A DNA stretch of 63,963 bases, filler included, from Thelocarpon superellum (taxonomy: Eukaryota): NCBI GenBank assembly GCA_026025795.1. It is 4 parts of 4 records of this genome, joined end to end, with 100 filler letters (N's around TTAATTAATTAA, not from the genome) between each part and the next. Parts side by side here need not be neighbours in the genome. Positions count along the whole stretch, not along the records: positions 53,971 to 63,963 come from JAPEUG010000546.1; 3 more parts are not named here. The stretch is one strand, 5' to 3'. The translations under genes and the position numbers were made by a program. Positions 60,410-63,963 of the stretch are shown in pieces. Position 1 is the stretch's first letter, and each line of letters opens with the position of its first letter. The notes under the pieces are model-generated. The model saw only the letters and a program-made list of their open reading frames with translations, was not told where the DNA came from and ran no database searches.

Positions 60410-60438
60410 ACACGCATTGACCAATAGTCAATGCGTGT
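60410..60438. repeat. Perfect 12-bp hairpin (ACACGCATTGAC-caata-GTCAATGCGTGT)
   Basis: Exact reverse complement arms with a 5-nt loop. Confidence 0.85.
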
Positions 60439-60810
60439 CTGCGTACTGAATACTTACGAGGTTGTAACCATACACATGTTCCGGCGCTAGGTACCCGAGA
60501 CTTAACTGGAGCCCTCTGCGCCCCTAACTGGCCGTTGGGCCTCTAGGTAGGTGCTTTCCGTTCGTTAGCTTCGCCTCTACCCAAGACGCGTCACGGCATC
60601 CCACGTCACGCCTCCTCGTCCGACTGCTAGATAGGGCAAAGTAGGACACGCGCCACCGTCCTCCATGTCCCATCATTCATGACAAGCCCAGGCTACGTGG
60701 GATTCGATCACTTCGTCCATATGCAATGTTTTTGGATTTCCTTGTGCAACATGCAGAATCGCCGCGTCTATGAAGCGGGGGAAGCTCCGTCCTCCGTCGC
60801 CAGCCAGATA

Positions 60811-63800
60811 TCAAGTAAACTCCGGCCATCTATTATAGCGCTGTAACGCCGGTCCGTCCCACTGCTCTCCGTACGAATTGGTCCGCAGTCCGTCAAAGAA
60901 ACCATCCTGCGCATGCGTGATTGCATCAAGCCACGACGAGGGCTCGGGATGTCGAGACCACTGCCCGAGGTCAGCAGAGACGCGAGGCGTCGGGTGGTGA
61001 AAGATGGCATACCTGATTATGGATGTGATATGCCCAGGCACCTCGGAAGAAATTCTGCAATGTCCGGTTCCGCGGCCGATACGGATCCTCCTCCAAGACA
61101 TAGTCGAGCGCCGCCGACTCCGGATGCGCCTCATCATCCACACCGTCCCGCCCGACAAGCTGGTTCGCGAGAGCCTCGCCGTGGAAGGTCCGCCACTCGT
61201 GCGGCAGGGCGCCGGTCTTGCCTTCGAACACGTCGCTGTAGTAGGTATGACAGGGTACGGTACACTGTCGTCCGCGAACATGGTTCATCGTCGTCGTTGA
61301 CGGATCGAAAAAGGCCGTGTCGAGCATCAATAGCTCGTCGTTTCGCCGGTCTTTCCACGCCATGCGTCCGATGACCTTGGGGTGGTAGTTCATCCCCATC
61401 CGCACGCCGCCGTGCAAGAGGTAGGTCGATAGGGACGAATTCGCCGTGAGTGACATCACCGCCGTGTTGTAGTCCGCCGGATGCGACCGCTCGACCCAAT
61501 GCTCCGCGAACGCATGCTGTCCCGTGACGGGATCCGGGAGGAGGAGGGGCCGGAAGTCACGGAGGAGGAGGATGTCCATGTCGCAATATACCCCGCCGTG
61601 GAGGTGGAGCACCACGAACCGGACGAGATCCGACACCACCTCCGGGAACAAGGCCATGCGCGGAGGAAAGACCAGCCACCGTTGCTTTTCAGCGTCCTGG
61701 ACGACGCCATCCGCCACGGGGATCTCCCCGTCGCCCATTGGAAGAGCCGACGGCTCCACGCCCTCTTTCTGGTGCGCCAGCGCTACCTGGCCCGGAAGTG
61801 GAAGGCGCTCGGGGAAGCGCCAATGTTTCACCACAACGTCCCCTCGCTCCACCAGCGGACGGAACCGTTCAAAGAGCGGATCGCGGTGCAGCATCGCTTC
61901 CGGGGCCTCAGGATCCCGATCCGCGTCCACCCACAGCCACAAGCGTGAGCACGGCAGATGCTGCGTGTACAAGTAGCTCTTGATGAACAGCTCCACCCGC
62001 CAAGACGCCGGCCCGGTCCAGTAAACGTGGAAAGGAATGATGGGTCCTGCGCACGTCCCAATGGACGCCTTGGACGCGGGCTCCGCCGCCGAAGGTGTGA
62101 CATATTGAGACAGCGTGTTCCCGTGGCCATCCGCATCGGCATATTCTGCCTGCACTGGATCTTGCTCGCTGGCACGAATGCCCGCGTCTGCCTTGGGGAG
62201 AACAAAGTACTCCTGCTCCGAGCTCGCCAGATACTCGAGACACCTGAGGCCGTCGTGATTCGTCTCGCTGGGCAGGTAGAAGCCGCTGCATCTCGACACG
62301 ATCAAGGACAAATTCGCCACCGTGTCAGTGTGCGGTCGCCTTCCCAGGTAGTCATCTATGGGCACCACGGCACTCTCCGGACGATTGATCCAATTCGCGT
62401 GAACGTTGATGGTCGGAGTGTGGCCCGAGTTCCACGCCAGCGCCGGCTTGCTCCGCCAGTCGGCCAGTCCTGTCTGACACCAGTACAACAGCTGATACAC
62501 GCTTCCGTAGACGACTCCAGCGACCATGAGGTTGCGGATGATGGAACCCACATTCCGCACGTTGCCCGCCGGGCCCGTCATGCGCTCCGTCCGCCGGCTG
62601 AGAAGAAACCAGAGACTCGACAGCCAGCACATCAAGATGCCCAGGATGGTGTGCAACGGCAGCCGAGAGGGACTCAGCACCAGTAGGGAGAAGGCGCTAC
62701 GGGGTACCGACAGGAAGGTGGTCGTGAGGGGCGAGGTGGCGCGCACGAGTAACAGCGTGAAAACAAAAACGAACCAGCCACCGATGCCGCTGCAGATGAA
62801 GATGGTCCAGAAGACTTTGACGTCCAGGACGTAGCAATTCCGTTGCATGTCATTCCACTCGTTGGAGAGGAGGAGCAGCGGGGCCACCAGCAGCGTCGCC
62901 ATCATGGCTGTGTAGCGCAGCACAAGCCAGAAGGCGCGCCACTCGGCCTTGGAGCTGAGCAGGTCCGTTGTGGTGGGGGACACGACGTCGGCATCGCTAT
63001 GCGCATGTTGCTGGGCCACGATGGCGGCCATCACGCTTCGGTACGTTTGCAAGAGCATGATGGGATAAAGAGCCGTGAAAAAGGACGAGAGCAGGCCCAG
63101 GGCCAGACTGCCGGGGGTGACATGGAACGTGGAGCTGGTGGTGGCGATGAGCAAGTTGAGCGTGGCGATGAGGGACGAGGAGATGGTCGAGGCCGAGTGC
63201 GAGGTGGCATTGAGCGCCGTCGTGAGAACGAGCGACAAAGGAATGATGGCGATGCGGGTGAGAAGGTACATGGACAGTTGGGCCTGGCTGTACCCCCGTC
63301 TGGTCAGTCACCACCAAACTGCGAGATAGAGCCCTCATACGTACGCAAAGGATAAATTGCTCAGCACCACCTTGGCCGCGTATACGGCCGCAAGGGGAAG
63401 GACGCGACGCGCAATGGACCAATCCCACATCGCATTATTGTCCGCCGCGGGACCCACCCCCCCGGCGCGCCATAGGGGTGAACGGGCATGGAGGCCTCCT
63501 AGATCATCAATGTCGAGGGGAAGCGTGCTCGCATTAGGGAACCGACGTGGGGTCAGAGCCAGCTGGATCTCGCGAGGCACGGGGAAGCGCGTGATGGTTC
63601 GAGTGAAGCGTGCGGCGGCCAAGACCAACAGCCAGGTCATGAAAAGCTGAAAGCAGGTGGTCATCAACGGGTAAGGAAATCTACGTCGTCGTCAGGAGAC
63701 ATCTGAGACGGCGATTGCGCGGGGATCGATGCTCACTTATAAACGCCCACTACAACCCGAGGGGCCCGGTCAGCTCTTGGCCTCGCGCCACGGCGGTCAT

Positions 63801-63955
63801 GCCGGAAGAGGCCACTTACTCCACATCAAGAGCTTATTTGTCAACACCAGGCCAAAGCCCGTGCCCGCCGCCCACACGACAAGGAAGGCGACGTAGAGCT
63901 GCCATATCGACGAAGGGTTGGACAGCCAGGATTGAAGTGTGGTTTGCTTGGACAT
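60811..63955 (-). CDS. Fusion protein: nucleotide-sugar transporter (TPT/SLC35-like, 10 TM) + signal anchor + DXD glycosyltransferase (GT32-like); ~969 aa, exons 63955-63820, 63749-63737, 63680-63345, 63287-61013, 60960-60811
   Basis: Transporter motifs LTNK, KFPYPL.TT.FQ, LSNLSF, TSPLTT.FL. GT motifs FHVYWTG, SDLVRFVVLHLHGGVYCDMDILLLRD, YNTAV, YHIHNQW. Exon lengths sum to 2910 nt (in frame). Confidence 0.85.
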
Positions 63956-63963
63956 CGGTTCAA

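Noticed and set aside
49946..63955. Secondary-metabolite or glycan cluster made of SDR + MFS + glycosyltransferase
   Set aside because: The SDR is on a different contig, no backbone synthase or cluster regulator is visible, and the MFS is an ordinary DHA1 type. Linkage to the fusion gene would need synteny evidence.

Overview
Intron-rich, GC-rich genomic DNA of a filamentous ascomycete (Pezizomycotina). The window is not one locus. Three 100-nt spacers (N44-TTAATTAATTAA-N44 at 17948, 35925 and 53871) join contigs of at least 17,947, 17,877 and 17,846 bp plus a truncated fourth, consistent with length-sorted concatenation, so adjacency across spacers is probably meaningless. Recognisable housekeeping genes: SNX41, tRNA-Val(CAC), coronin, PIK1, a Crh-type GH16, MED9, SHM2, the clock gene frq, an SGT1/ecdysoneless homolog, alpha-tubulin (tubB type), SPC2, EMC3 (partial), SPE3 (partial), transketolase, BMT6, RPL22, an SDR and a DHA1 MFS transporter. 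Accessory content includes several orphan secreted or single-pass proteins, decayed pseudogenes and two related families of short TG...CA repeats carrying CACGTG boxes. The most interesting item is a ~969-aa gene fusing a 10-TM nucleotide-sugar transporter, an extra signal-anchor helix and a DXD (GT32-like) glycosyltransferase in one reading frame. Next are the frq upstream region (CGATCG cluster, uORFs, three-way palindrome) and a secreted Cys-protein gene whose start codon appears mutated ATG>ATA. All family assignments come from motif recognition by eye; no database search was run.
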